Source: Candidatus Eiseniibacteriota bacterium (GTDB lineage: Bacteria; Eisenbacteria; RBG-16-71-46; CAIMUX01; VGJL01). From it: a DNA stretch of 64,000 nucleotides. Shown piece by piece: positions 32,017 through 41,314 of this stretch (position 1 is its first letter; the number at the start of each line of letters is the position of its first letter). Location of the stretch: NCBI GenBank assembly GCA_041946735.1, contig JBHGAY010000002.1:128001-192000 (forward strand), read 5' to 3'. The notes under the pieces are model-generated. The model was not told where the DNA came from. It saw only the letters and a program-made list of their open reading frames with translations, and made no database searches. A program made the translations under genes and the position numbers.

Positions 32017-32355
32017 CCTTCCTCTCCTACCTCTCCCCATCATGGAGAAGCCCACCAGGACAGGCATCCGCCGATCCCTCGGGCTTTTCCGTTGCGTACG
32101 ATATCCCGCGCTCGCTGGCGGGGGCAAATACTCCCTGTGCGACTGTCCGGCCATGGGCGACCGCTTCTGCCGATCCATGGGCATTCCGCGCCGATCCTTG
32201 CGGACTGCGGCACCCCGATGCAGATCGCGGCCGGAGCCGCCGAGCGCCTTGCAGCGTGCACGCGGCCGTAGCCAGTCCGGCACAGGCGGACCGCAACCTA
32301 CCCGCGAACTTCGTTTCTTCATGCGACTTCGGTGATCGGCCCCCGTGAACAGGGC

Positions 32356-32372
32356 CTGGCAGACCTCTTGCT
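32356..32372 (+). promoter_or_regulatory. Sigma54 (-24/-12) promoter
   Basis: CTGGCAGACCTCTTGCT matches YTGGCA-N-TTGCW with exact GG-N10-GC spacing; about 60 nt upstream of the RBS-supported GTG at 32433. Confidence 0.7.
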
Positions 32373-32432
32373 TCCGGGATTTCGTGCCTCGATCGGTTTT
32401 TGGCTAGGGGCCCGAGAGCAGAGGAGCGAGTC

Positions 32433-32831
32433 GTGGTTTCGACCCGGATCGTCCTGATCTCCGATTCCGTCCGCTTGGCTGGGCGTCTTCGCGCAGCCCT
32501 ACGTCACGAGGGATACACGACAATGGTGCATGGGTTCGCCGGACATCCGAACTTGATTCTCCTCCGCTCTTGCCCCGACCTCCTGATCCTCCATGCGAGC
32601 CGGGACGCCGCGCACCTGGAGCGCTGGCGCCAGGGAGTCGAGGCGACTCGGCGGCGGCGCTCGCTGCCGGTCCTCGGGATCGCCCCGCGCCACATGGGCG
32701 GGAGGGAGCGTTCGATTCTCGAAGGGATCGCCGATCTCGGCGTTTGCCGGAGGCCCGTGCGCAAGCGAGAGATTCTGGAGCGGATCGACCCCTGGTCCAC
32801 CTCCGGGGCTCGACTGCTTCGTGCGAGTTAG
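32433..32831 (+). CDS. Stand-alone pseudo-receiver (atypical REC domain) protein
   Basis: RIVLISDS...PDLLILH...LPVLGIA...VCRRPV...EILERI; the phosphoacceptor Asp position holds His and the Lys position holds Arg; GAGGAG RBS. Confidence 0.7.
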   Translation: MVSTRIVLISDSVRLAGRLRAALRHEGYTTMVHGFAGHPNLILLRSCPDLLILHASRDAAHLERWRQGVEATRRRRSLPVLGIAPRHMGGRERSILEGIADLGVCRRPVRKREILERIDPWSTSGARLLRAS

Positions 32832-32990
32832 GGCTCGAGTCGGGGCACGAGTTGGGGGCTCGGAATAAGGGGGTCGAGCGGGGGCTTCGAGTAGGGGAGT
32901 AGGGCGACAAGAGTAGGAGCTCGAGCGAACTTCGTGTGCGACGAGCGAACTTCGCATAGGGATCGCGACGGAAACGGCCGAGGACAGGGG

Positions 32991-34793
32991 ATGCACGTGG
33001 GTACGCACGCAAAAGAGGCTTCCAAGCTGCCGCCGCGCTGCCAATCGCTCCTCGAGAGCGCGGCGCGCATGACCGGCATGTGGCTCGAGGTGTGGAACGG
33101 GGGACGCGACCCGCTCGCCTCCGCCCCGGTTCCGCCGTCCTGCCGGGCGTGTGGTCGGCGTGATCTCGAACGCTTCTCGGTCTGCCGGCGCGAGCGGGCC
33201 CGGGCTGTGGTCACCGGGTGCGCCGGGAATCCGGAGGGAAGAGGATCGGTCTGCCCGCGCGGCCGGAAGATCCTCTGCGTGCCGATCGCCATGGCCGACG
33301 CCCCGTGGCTGCGGCTCGTCGCATGCGTCAACGGTCATGGCCACCGGCACGGAGAGGTCGCTTCCGCGGATGGCAACGGGCGCGGGGGCGCCGCCCACGG
33401 GAGCGGGAACGGCAACGGGAACGGCAACGGGAAGGGCAGCGGAAACGGCAACGGCAACGGCAACGGCAACGGAAGCGGAAACGGCAACGGGAAGGGCAAC
33501 GGAAACGGCAACGGCCGCAGCGCGAGCGTAAACGGAAACGGCAGCGGAAACGGCAGCGGCAGAGGCGCGGACGAGTCCCGCATCCGCTTCCTCGAGGATC
33601 TGGCAGCCCTCTTCGCCGAGCACCTCTCCTTCGCCCGCTCGCTGACCCACGCGACCGGAGAGCTGACCCACCGTCACGAGGAGCTGGACCTCCTGTATAC
33701 GATCTCCGGCTCCCTGCGCCATGCCGAAGGGGTGCGCAGCCCCTTGCGCCGAATCCTCGAGCAGGCGCGCGTCGCCCTGGTGGCCGATGCCGTCGTGCTC
33801 TCGATCGACTCCAGCCGGGTGTTCGAGCAGGTGTCCGGACCGTCCCTCGGCAACGGCAAGGCGCCGGGCGGGCGGGACTGGCGGCTGCTCTCGAGCTTTC
33901 TCGCGGAGCGTTTCCGCGACGGCGCGCTCGGCTTCTTCGAAGGCGCGCCGGCCGACCTTCCCGGGATGGATGGGCGGCTGGCCGTCGTGCAGCGACTCCT
34001 CGCCGTCCCGCTGCCCGGCAGCGCCGGCAACGACGGCTGCCTCTGCCTCGCCTACATGCAGGCGGAGCGGCGCCGCGGCTCCTCGGAAGTCCGGCTGCTG
34101 AAGCTGCTCGCCGAGAAGGTGTCGATGGCCGTCGCCAACGACCTCCTCGTCGAGGACCTGCACGACTTCCTGATGGCGACGGTGAAGAGCCTGGTCAGCG
34201 CAATCGAGGCGAAGGATCCCTACACGTCCGGCCATTCCGAGCGGGTGAACCTCCTTTCGATGCTTCTTGGCAAGACGATGGGGCTCTCGGCGGCCGATCT
34301 CGAGGTGCTCCGCTGGGCCTCGATCCTGCACGATGTCGGCAAGATCGGGATGCCCGAGGAGATCCTGAAGAAGCCGGGGATCCTGACGCCCGAGGAGTAC
34401 GAGGTGATGAAGGAGCACCCGGACCGCGGCTACAAGGTGCTCGCGCCGATCCGGCAGCTGGAGGCGGCGAGCCTCGGCGTCCGCCATCACCACGAGATGT
34501 TCGACGGACGCGGGTATCCGCTCGGGCTGAAGGGAGAGGCGATCCCGCTCCCGGCTCGGATCATTTCCGTCGCCGACACGTACGACGCGCTGACGAGCAC
34601 CCGCTCCTATCGCAAGCGGCGCGGGCCGGACCAGGCGTTCGCGATCATCCAGGCGGTGCGCGGCACGCAGCTCGATCCGCGAGTGGTCGACACCCTCGCC
34701 GAGCTGATGCCGTTCATCCGCGAGCACGAGGTCATGCTTCAGCCCGAGGGGCTGGAGGGCGCGCCGCTCACACTGCCGTCGCAGGCGGCCTAG
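32991..34793 (+). CDS. HD-GYP cyclic-dinucleotide phosphodiesterase with PocR-like Cys-rich sensor, NG-repeat insert and GAF domain
   Basis: EAKDPYTSGHSERV, LHDVGKIG, HHHEMFDGRGYP, ARIISVADTYDALT, GTQLDP; N-terminal Cys pattern ending LCVPI. Confidence 0.92.
   Translation: MHVGTHAKEASKLPPRCQSLLESAARMTGMWLEVWNGGRDPLASAPVPPSCRACGRRDLERFSVCRRERARAVVTGCAGNPEGRGSVCPRGRKILCVPIAMADAPWLRLVACVNGHGHRHGEVASADGNGRGGAAHGSGNGNGNGNGKGSGNGNGNGNGNGSGNGNGKGNGNGNGRSASVNGNGSGNGSGRGADESRIRFLEDLAALFAEHLSFARSLTHATGELTHRHEELDLLYTISGSLRHAEGVRSPLRRILEQARVALVADAVVLSIDSSRVFEQVSGPSLGNGKAPGGRDWRLLSSFLAERFRDGALGFFEGAPADLPGMDGRLAVVQRLLAVPLPGSAGNDGCLCLAYMQAERRRGSSEVRLLKLLAEKVSMAVANDLLVEDLHDFLMATVKSLVSAIEAKDPYTSGHSERVNLLSMLLGKTMGLSAADLEVLRWASILHDVGKIGMPEEILKKPGILTPEEYEVMKEHPDRGYKVLAPIRQLEAASLGVRHHHEMFDGRGYPLGLKGEAIPLPARIISVADTYDALTSTRSYRKRRGPDQAFAIIQAVRGTQLDPRVVDTLAELMPFIREHEVMLQPEGLEGAPLTLPSQAA
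33373..33565 (+). repeat. In-frame 6-bp tandem repeat (AACGGC/AACGGG/AACGGA) encoding an (NG)n tract
   Basis: GSGNGNGNGNGKGSGNGNGNGNGNGSGNGNGKGNGNGNG within the HD-GYP gene. Confidence 0.95.
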
Positions 34794-34956
34794 CGACCAG
34801 CGGGTCGTTGCTGCAGGCGCGACAGTTTTGGGGCTGAGAGGCGCGCATTCCTTTGAAGCCGTCCCCGACCTCCGGGGCGGCTTCGCCGGGGGCCGTCCCG
34901 CGCGCGGTACGCGAAGAGCGGACCCGATGCGGGGCGGACCCTGCTACCATCTCGGC

Positions 34957-35232
34957 ATGACCGATTCCATCGAGGAGATCCGGGTCGTCTTCCGCCTCTG
35001 GGGACCGATGCGTCTCGCGGCGAGGCAGGAGACCATCGCCGTCCGGCTTCCTGCGAAGAGCGGCGCGGCAAGACTTTCCGCGGCCCTCGACATCCTCTAT
35101 CGGAGCTTCCCGGCCCTGGCGCCCCATCGCGCGAGCGCGCGGGTCGCGATCGGAAACGACTACGTGCGGGACGACCGTCCGCTCCAGGGCGGCGAGGAGA
35201 TCTCCTTGATCCCGCCGGTGCAGGGCGGATGA
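34957..35232 (+). CDS. moaD: Molybdopterin converting factor small subunit (MoaD/ThiS family)
   Basis: RVAIGNDYV...EISLIPPVQGG with C-terminal Gly-Gly; overlaps moaE. Confidence 0.88.
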   Translation: MTDSIEEIRVVFRLWGPMRLAARQETIAVRLPAKSGAARLSAALDILYRSFPALAPHRASARVAIGNDYVRDDRPLQGGEEISLIPPVQGG

Positions 35233-35663
35233 TCGGTGGCGTTCCGGAATCGGCCGCTCCCGCGACCGTCCGTGTGGTCATCACGGCCGAGCCACTCGCC
35301 ATCCCCGCGGAGGAGCGGTCACGTGAAGGGCGCGACGGCGCGGTCCTCGAGTTCTACGGCGTCGTGCGAGACACGGAGGACGGCCGCGCCATCGAGGCGA
35401 TCGATTACGAATGCCATCTCTCGATGGCGCAGGCGCAGCTCGAGCGGATCGCGCGTGAAACGGCCGCCCGCCACTCGCTCTCGGAGCTGATCGTGCTGCA
35501 CCGGATCGGCGTCGTCCCGGCGGGCGAGCCGAGCTTGTACGTGCGCACCCTCGCGCCGCATCGCGGGCCGGCCCTGGCGGCGGTCGCGGAGCTGATCGAA
35601 GACTTGAAGCGCGACGTCCCGATCTGGAAGCACCCGATCGAGCGGCGCGGCGCGGAGGCCTGA
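35229..35663 (+). CDS. moaE: Molybdopterin synthase catalytic subunit
   Basis: GAVLEFYGVVR, YECH, HRIG, PHR, LKRDVPIWK. Confidence 0.93.
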   Translation: MIGGVPESAAPATVRVVITAEPLAIPAEERSREGRDGAVLEFYGVVRDTEDGRAIEAIDYECHLSMAQAQLERIARETAARHSLSELIVLHRIGVVPAGEPSLYVRTLAPHRGPALAAVAELIEDLKRDVPIWKHPIERRGAEA

Positions 35664-35768
35664 CCAGACCTCAGCCATCGGGCGGCCCGGCTCATGGTGC
35701 CCCCACTCAGTTTTCCTGCTGCATCACGATGCGGCGGGCGGACCGCACCGCTGCCACTACCACCACCC

Positions 35769-36644
35769 CTACCGCTCGGCCGAGCCCTCGAGCAGCGCCG
35801 TCGCTGCGGTGGCCGCCTCGCGGCCGCTCTCCTCGATCGACCGTCCCGCCCGCCGCCACCACGAATAGACCGCGAGGAACGTGTCGCCGAGTCCGACCGG
35901 CTCGCCGCCCAGCCGGCGAGGCGGAACGGCCGCGACCTCGACCGGCTGCCCGGCGCCGGCGGCGATGCGCGCCCCGTGGTCCCCGCGCGTCACGACGATC
36001 TCGCTCGCGATCTCGGCGAGCGGCGGAGCCCCTGGGGAGCCCGCCAGCGCGTCCACCTCCGACTCGTCGCCGCAGAGGACGGCGAGCGGCGGAAGCTGCG
36101 CGACGAGCGGGTACGCGGCAGGGACGACGACCGCGCCGGGATCGGCGGCGCGCACGAGCCCCTGGATGCCGAGATGGAGCGGCCGCCCGCACTGTGTGAG
36201 CGCCGCCAGCAGCGACGCCGGCAGGTCGCGTGGCAAGAGCGGCCCGAGCAGCACCCATGCGGCCTCGCTCAGCGCCTGCGCGCCGATCCGGTCCGCGTCG
36301 ACCGGGTCGGAGGCGGAGACGGCGAAGAGCCGGCGCTCGTTCGGGCGCGCGCGATCGAACTCGAGGCGGAAGCGGGTCGTTTCGCGCGAGGGATGTTCGA
36401 CGACGCGCACGCGCGCGGGCAGCGCGCCGAGCAGGTCGCGATCGCGTGCGGCGAGCGGGGTGTGGAGGATCACGCGGGCGCCGAGCCGGTCGAGCGCGCG
36501 CGCCGCGTAGAGTCCCGCTCCTCCCGCGCGCACGAGCCCGCTCGGGAGCTCATCGCGGCAAAGCGGCGCGATCAGGAGGACCGGCCTCGGCGCGCGGCCC
36601 AACGAGGGAGCAGCGCGAAGCGGCCGCGGCGGGCGAGCGCTCAC
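35769..36644 (-). CDS. PfkB-family carbohydrate kinase (divergent)
   Basis: GGAGLYAA, IVVTRGDHGA, EPVGLGDTF (anion-hole variant); GTG at 36644 overlaps the M28 stop. Confidence 0.8.
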   Translation of the reverse strand: MSARPPRPLRAAPSLGRAPRPVLLIAPLCRDELPSGLVRAGGAGLYAARALDRLGARVILHTPLAARDRDLLGALPARVRVVEHPSRETTRFRLEFDRARPNERRLFAVSASDPVDADRIGAQALSEAAWVLLGPLLPRDLPASLLAALTQCGRPLHLGIQGLVRAADPGAVVVPAAYPLVAQLPPLAVLCGDESEVDALAGSPGAPPLAEIASEIVVTRGDHGARIAAGAGQPVEVAAVPPRRLGGEPVGLGDTFLAVYSWWRRAGRSIEESGREAATAATALLEGSAER

Positions 36645-39244
36645 CGGAGCTTCAGGAGCCGGAGCGTCGCCTCCTGGCCGCCGCCCGCGGTCCGCATGCG
36701 CAGGAAGTAGACGCCGGACGGCAGATCGCGGCCGTCCTCGTCGCGCCCCTTCCAGATCAGGTCGTGGCGTCCCGCCGGGCGATCCTCGTCGAGAAGCTGC
36801 GCGACGCGGCGTCCCTGCACATCGAACAGGTCGAGGCGCACGCGATCGGCTGCGAGCATGTCGAAGAGGATCGTCGTGTCGTCCCGCAACGGCGACGGCC
36901 AGGCGCCGACGAGCCGTGATCGCGCCGAGAAGGCCGGCTCGGGAGCAGAGACGACGCCGACGAGCCGCACGTCGTCGACCGCCGCCTCGTAGAGCGATGC
37001 GGAGCCCCCGTCGTCGGCGACGAAACGCAGGCGCATCCGGTCGGTCAAGGGCCACCGCGTCTCGAGATCGTGGAAGGTGACCTCCGCCCATGCGGCGTCG
37101 CCGCCACGCACGCTTTCGAGGACCGTCCAGCTCTCGCCGTCGTCGTTGGACAGCAGCACGAGGAGCGAGTCGTCCGGCACCGTGCCGTCGACGAACCAGC
37201 GCGAGTAGGAAAGGACGACCTGCCGGGCGCCGGCCAGGTCGATGCGCGGAGAGGTAAGCGTCGTGCGGCCGCCATCGACGTCCGCCTCGCCGGTCGGCGC
37301 GCCTTCGGGCGCGTTGCCGGTGACGAAGCAGGCTCCCGAGCTGTCCCCTTCGGCGTCGATCGCCGGCTGCGCGGAGGTGCCGACCGGCGGCTCCCGGACC
37401 CACAACCCGCTCGTCGCGCCGTCCTCCGGACCGCCGATCGTCCAGCCCTGATCCGCGTCGAAGCTGTCGGCGAAGAGCGCTTCGCGGCCGACGACGAACG
37501 AGAAGGTTCCGTCGTACGGGTCGGTCGCCGCCCGTCCCTCGAGATCGCGCGCGCGAATCGCATACTCGACGCGCCGGCCGGGTCGCTGACGCGGGATCGT
37601 GTAGGAGTAGCGCACCGAGTCGTCGACCGAGCGCATCCGCCCGATCGTCCACGCCCCGCCGTCCACGCGCCACCGCACGACGACGCTGTCGGCCTCGAGC
37701 GGCGCGATGTACGAGAAGATCTGCGCGGTCACCGGGTAGCCGTCGCCGCCGATCGCGGGATCGTGCAACGGCTCGTGCTCGATCCGCACGCGCAGCGGCC
37801 TCGCGTAGCTCGCGAGCAAGGCGACCGCGGACTGCACGTTCGCCCGGAGGAACGGAAAGCTGTTCAGCCCGATTCCGATCCGGTCGGTCGAGCGGTGGTA
37901 GGCGGGATTCGGCGGATTCTCCCCTTCGAAAAAGAAGATCGCGGCGTAGCCGTTGTTCCAGAACGACTGCTGATCCGAGTTGCCGCCGCTCAGCGTCGAC
38001 TCGCGAAACCGATGGCCGGGAAGGTAGGTCTCGATCGCCTCGTAGGTGCGCTCGATGATCTCCGGATACGACGGATCGGTGATGAGGTCGAGGTCGGGAT
38101 CGGCTCCGGCGTAGCCGATCATGTCGAGGTTCACCATCCCCCGGATGTCGAGAGCCAGGTCCGCCGCCTGCCCCGCCCATGCCGCGCTTCCGTGCAGTCC
38201 CTGCTCCTCCCCGGAGAAGCAAAGGAAGATCAGCGTCGCCTCGAACGGCTCGGGCGCGAGCACGCGCGCCGCCTCGAGCACGCCGGCGGTGCCCGATCCG
38301 TTGTCGTCCGCTCCCGGAGAAACGGGAACGGAGTCGTAGTGCGCGCCGATCACGTAGATCTCGTCCGGATCGCGCCAGCCGGGTTTCACGGCGACGACGT
38401 TGTCGCACCACGCGTTGTAGTCCTGGAGCGAGACGTCCTCGATCCCGAAGGACCGGAAGCGCGCGGCGAGCGATTCGGCCGCCTGGTAGCCGGCGGGCGA
38501 AGTCGACACGCGCGGGCCCAGGTCCTGGAGCATCCGCACGTGCTTCTCGAGGCTCGTCGCGTCGACCTCGTCGACGAGCGCGGCGATCGTCGGGTCGCGT
38601 TCGAGACGCCGCGCCGCGCCGCCGGGAGGCCGCGCCTTGGCCGGGGCCGGCGCGGCGAAGCGGATCGGCCGCTCCGGAATCGGCAGCGTCTCGTATTGCT
38701 CCTGCAGCGCGGCGAGGTCGGCGGGACCATGGACGAGGACGACCGTGCGCGGACCGAGCGGGAGGATCTCGCCGAGCGAGGCGAGCGGGAGGCGAGCGGT
38801 CGCGCCCGCGTCTCGGCCGGCGGGATCGAGGATCGTGGCGATGCGGCGGGCACCCGATCCCTCCGGCCGCTCCCAGAGGATTCGCGCCTCGAAACCGGCC
38901 GCGCGGATCTGCTCGAGCGCGTCCCGGCGTCCTGCCCAGGCGAGCGTCTTGCCATCGGCGATCTGCACCGGAGGGGCGTCCGAGGCGGCGAGCGGCGCGA
39001 GCGCGGAGCGATCGGCGGAGTCGATGACGATCAGCAGCCGCTTCTCTTCCGGTCCCTCCGGTTCCGGGATGGTCGCCCCGCCCGCCCGGGCTCCGCCGGC
39101 GGACGGAGGAAGCGGGACGCGTGCCGCGGCATGCGAAGCATACGAAAGCCCGGCCGCGCTCGCGGCGAGCATCCCGAGGATCAGAGACAGGATCCGAAGG
39201 CGGATCGGGATGGCCCGCAACGCGCGTGACCGGGCAGTCTGCAA
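36641..39244 (-). CDS. Secreted M28 zinc aminopeptidase with FlgD-Ig/T9SS-type CTD
   Basis: IGAHYDS, GADDNGSG, FSGEEQGL, NLDMIG, YHRSTD; CTD PSPL...WKGRDEDGRDLPSGVYF; TTG at 39244 follows GGAGG. Confidence 0.9.
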   Translation of the reverse strand: MQTARSRALRAIPIRLRILSLILGMLAASAAGLSYASHAAARVPLPPSAGGARAGGATIPEPEGPEEKRLLIVIDSADRSALAPLAASDAPPVQIADGKTLAWAGRRDALEQIRAAGFEARILWERPEGSGARRIATILDPAGRDAGATARLPLASLGEILPLGPRTVVLVHGPADLAALQEQYETLPIPERPIRFAAPAPAKARPPGGAARRLERDPTIAALVDEVDATSLEKHVRMLQDLGPRVSTSPAGYQAAESLAARFRSFGIEDVSLQDYNAWCDNVVAVKPGWRDPDEIYVIGAHYDSVPVSPGADDNGSGTAGVLEAARVLAPEPFEATLIFLCFSGEEQGLHGSAAWAGQAADLALDIRGMVNLDMIGYAGADPDLDLITDPSYPEIIERTYEAIETYLPGHRFRESTLSGGNSDQQSFWNNGYAAIFFFEGENPPNPAYHRSTDRIGIGLNSFPFLRANVQSAVALLASYARPLRVRIEHEPLHDPAIGGDGYPVTAQIFSYIAPLEADSVVVRWRVDGGAWTIGRMRSVDDSVRYSYTIPRQRPGRRVEYAIRARDLEGRAATDPYDGTFSFVVGREALFADSFDADQGWTIGGPEDGATSGLWVREPPVGTSAQPAIDAEGDSSGACFVTGNAPEGAPTGEADVDGGRTTLTSPRIDLAGARQVVLSYSRWFVDGTVPDDSLLVLLSNDDGESWTVLESVRGGDAAWAEVTFHDLETRWPLTDRMRLRFVADDGGSASLYEAAVDDVRLVGVVSAPEPAFSARSRLVGAWPSPLRDDTTILFDMLAADRVRLDLFDVQGRRVAQLLDEDRPAGRHDLIWKGRDEDGRDLPSGVYFLRMRTAGGGQEATLRLLKLR

Positions 39245-39258
39245 GTCCCCTCCGAGAG

Positions 39259-39588
39259 TCAGCCCAGGAGGTGCTTCTCGATCAGGTCGGCGATCTTCTC
39301 CTTCGACTGGAGCCCCGAGAAGCGATGCACCTCCTTGCCGGCTTTGAGCAACACGACCGTGGGCACCGACAGGATCCCGAATCGCTGTGCCGTCGCCGGC
39401 GCCTCCTCGATGTCGACCTTCGTGACCGCGAGCTGCTCGCCGTACTGCACCGCGAGCTGCTTCATCGTCGGCTCGAGCGCCTTGCATGGGCTGCACCAGG
39501 TGGCTCCGAAGTCGAGGATGGCGGGCTTCCCCACCTTCTCGACGATCTCGTCGTAGTTGGCGTCGTTGACATGAAGCAGCTCGCCCAT
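39259..39588 (-). CDS. trxA: Thioredoxin
   Basis: DFGATWCSPCK, FGILSVPT; AGGAGG RBS. Confidence 0.93.
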   Translation of the reverse strand: MGELLHVNDANYDEIVEKVGKPAILDFGATWCSPCKALEPTMKQLAVQYGEQLAVTKVDIEEAPATAQRFGILSVPTVVLLKAGKEVHRFSGLQSKEKIADLIEKHLLG

Positions 39589-39611
39589 CCCGTCCTCCTT
39601 GCCTTTGCTGG

Positions 39612-39690
39612 GTGCCTATCCGTCCGTCTTCTCTCGCCGTGTCTTCTCTCGCCCTGTCTCGTCTCGCCGTCTTGCTCGGTCTCGCGTCGA
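39612..39690. repeat. Degenerate intergenic simple repeat (GTCTTCTCTCGCC-like units)
   Basis: cgtcttctctcgccgtgtcttctctcgccctgtctcgtctcgccgtcttg. Confidence 0.7.
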
Positions 39691-39706
39691 TCCGCCGCGC
39701 GAAGTG

Positions 39707-41224
39707 TCAGTCCCCGAACTGCACGCCCTGCGCGAGCGGCAGCTCGTCGCTCCAGTTGATCGTGCAGGTCTGGCGGCGCATGTACGTCTTCCACGCGTCG
39801 GAGCCCGCCTCACGCCCGCCTCCCGTCTCCTTCTCCCCGCCGAACGCGCCGCCGATCTCGGCCCCGGAGGTGCCGATGTTGACGTTGGCGATCCCGCAGT
39901 CGCTCCCTTGGTGGGAAAGGAACCGCTCGGCATACTGCAGGTTCCGGGTGAAGATGGCGCTCGACAGTCCCTGGTCGACCCCGTTGTGCAGCTCCATCGC
40001 CTCCTCGAACGAACCGACCGTGAAGAGGTAGAGGATCGGCGCGAACGTTTCCTCGCGCACGATCGCCATGGCGGGATGCGCGCGGACGAGCGCCGGCTCG
40101 ACATAGTAGCCGGGACGATCCAGCTTCCTGCCCCCGTAGAGGATCTCGCCCCCCTGCGCGCGGATCGCATCGAGCGCCCGCATCATCGTCTCGACCGCGT
40201 CCTCGTCGACGAGCGGACCCATCAGGGTCGCGGGGTCCAGCGGGTCGCCGATCCGGATCGTCTTGTAGGCGGCGAGCAGCTTTGCCGTGAACTCCTCGGC
40301 GATCGCGCGATGCACGAAGATCCGGCGCGTCGACGTGCACCGCTGCCCCGCCGTCCCGACAGCTCCGAAGAGGATCGCGCGAAGGGCGAGCTTCGGATCG
40401 GCGTCTTCCATGACCAGGATCGCATTGTTGCCGCCCAGCTCGAGCAGACTCCGGCCAAGCCTCTTCGCGACGACCTCACCGATCCGCTGTCCCATCGGGG
40501 TCGAGCCGGTGGCGCTGACGAGCGGAATCCGCTTGTCGTGGATCATCCGCTCGCCGATCGTCGAGCCGCGGCCGATCACCAGGTTGAAGATTCCGCGCGG
40601 GAGGCCGTGGCGCGCCACGACGCGCTCGGCGATCTTCTGCGTCGCGATCGCGGTGAGCGGAGTGAGGGAGGAAGGCTTCCAGACCATCGTGTCGCCGCAC
40701 ACGGCCGCGATCATCGCGTTCCAGCTCCAGACGGCAACCGGGAAGTTGAAGGCGGTCACGATCCCCACGACTCCCAGCGGATGCCACTGTTCGTACATCC
40801 GGTGGCGCGGGCGCTCCGAGTGCATCGTCAGGCCGTAGAGCTGGCGGGAGAGGCCGACGGCGAAGTCGGCCATGTCGATCATCTCCTGCACCTCGCCCTG
40901 CCCCTCGGTCAGGATCTTCCCCATCTCCAGGGTGACGAGGCGTCCGAGCGCGTCCTTGTGCTCGCGCAGCTCCAAGCCGATCTCGCGCACGATCTCGCCG
41001 CGCTTCGGCGCCGGGATCATCTTCCAGGTCTCGAAGGCGGCGACCGCGCTCTGGAGGACCAGCTCGTACTCCGCCTCGCTCGCCTGGAGGACGCGAGCGA
41101 TCGGCTTGCCGTCGATCGGAGAGACACTCGTCAGCTCGCCCCCCGAGGGATTGTCGAACCATTGTCCGTCGCTGACGCCGGAGTTGACCTCGCCGATCCC
41201 TAGGGAACGCAACCAGTCCTGCAC
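39707..41224 (-). CDS. Aldehyde dehydrogenase family 7 (aminoadipate-semialdehyde/P6C dehydrogenase-like)
   Basis: IPAPKRGE, EGQGEVQE, TAFNFPVAV, LLELGGNN, GTAGQRC, ETFAP, GTSGAEIGGAFGGEKETGGGRE. Confidence 0.95.
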   Translation of the reverse strand: MQDWLRSLGIGEVNSGVSDGQWFDNPSGGELTSVSPIDGKPIARVLQASEAEYELVLQSAVAAFETWKMIPAPKRGEIVREIGLELREHKDALGRLVTLEMGKILTEGQGEVQEMIDMADFAVGLSRQLYGLTMHSERPRHRMYEQWHPLGVVGIVTAFNFPVAVWSWNAMIAAVCGDTMVWKPSSLTPLTAIATQKIAERVVARHGLPRGIFNLVIGRGSTIGERMIHDKRIPLVSATGSTPMGQRIGEVVAKRLGRSLLELGGNNAILVMEDADPKLALRAILFGAVGTAGQRCTSTRRIFVHRAIAEEFTAKLLAAYKTIRIGDPLDPATLMGPLVDEDAVETMMRALDAIRAQGGEILYGGRKLDRPGYYVEPALVRAHPAMAIVREETFAPILYLFTVGSFEEAMELHNGVDQGLSSAIFTRNLQYAERFLSHQGSDCGIANVNIGTSGAEIGGAFGGEKETGGGREAGSDAWKTYMRRQTCTINWSDELPLAQGVQFGD

Positions 41225-41314
41225 GGAACACCTCCCCGCACCGGGCCCCGCCCGGAGATGACGACCACGCGAAAGGATAGCACAGGGGTCCGGGCGGTCC
41301 CGGGGGGCGGAGCC

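Noticed and set aside
32100..32340. c-di-GMP riboswitch near the HD-GYP module (GGGCAAA seen)
   Set aside because: The GAAA-tetraloop P2/P3 architecture is absent.
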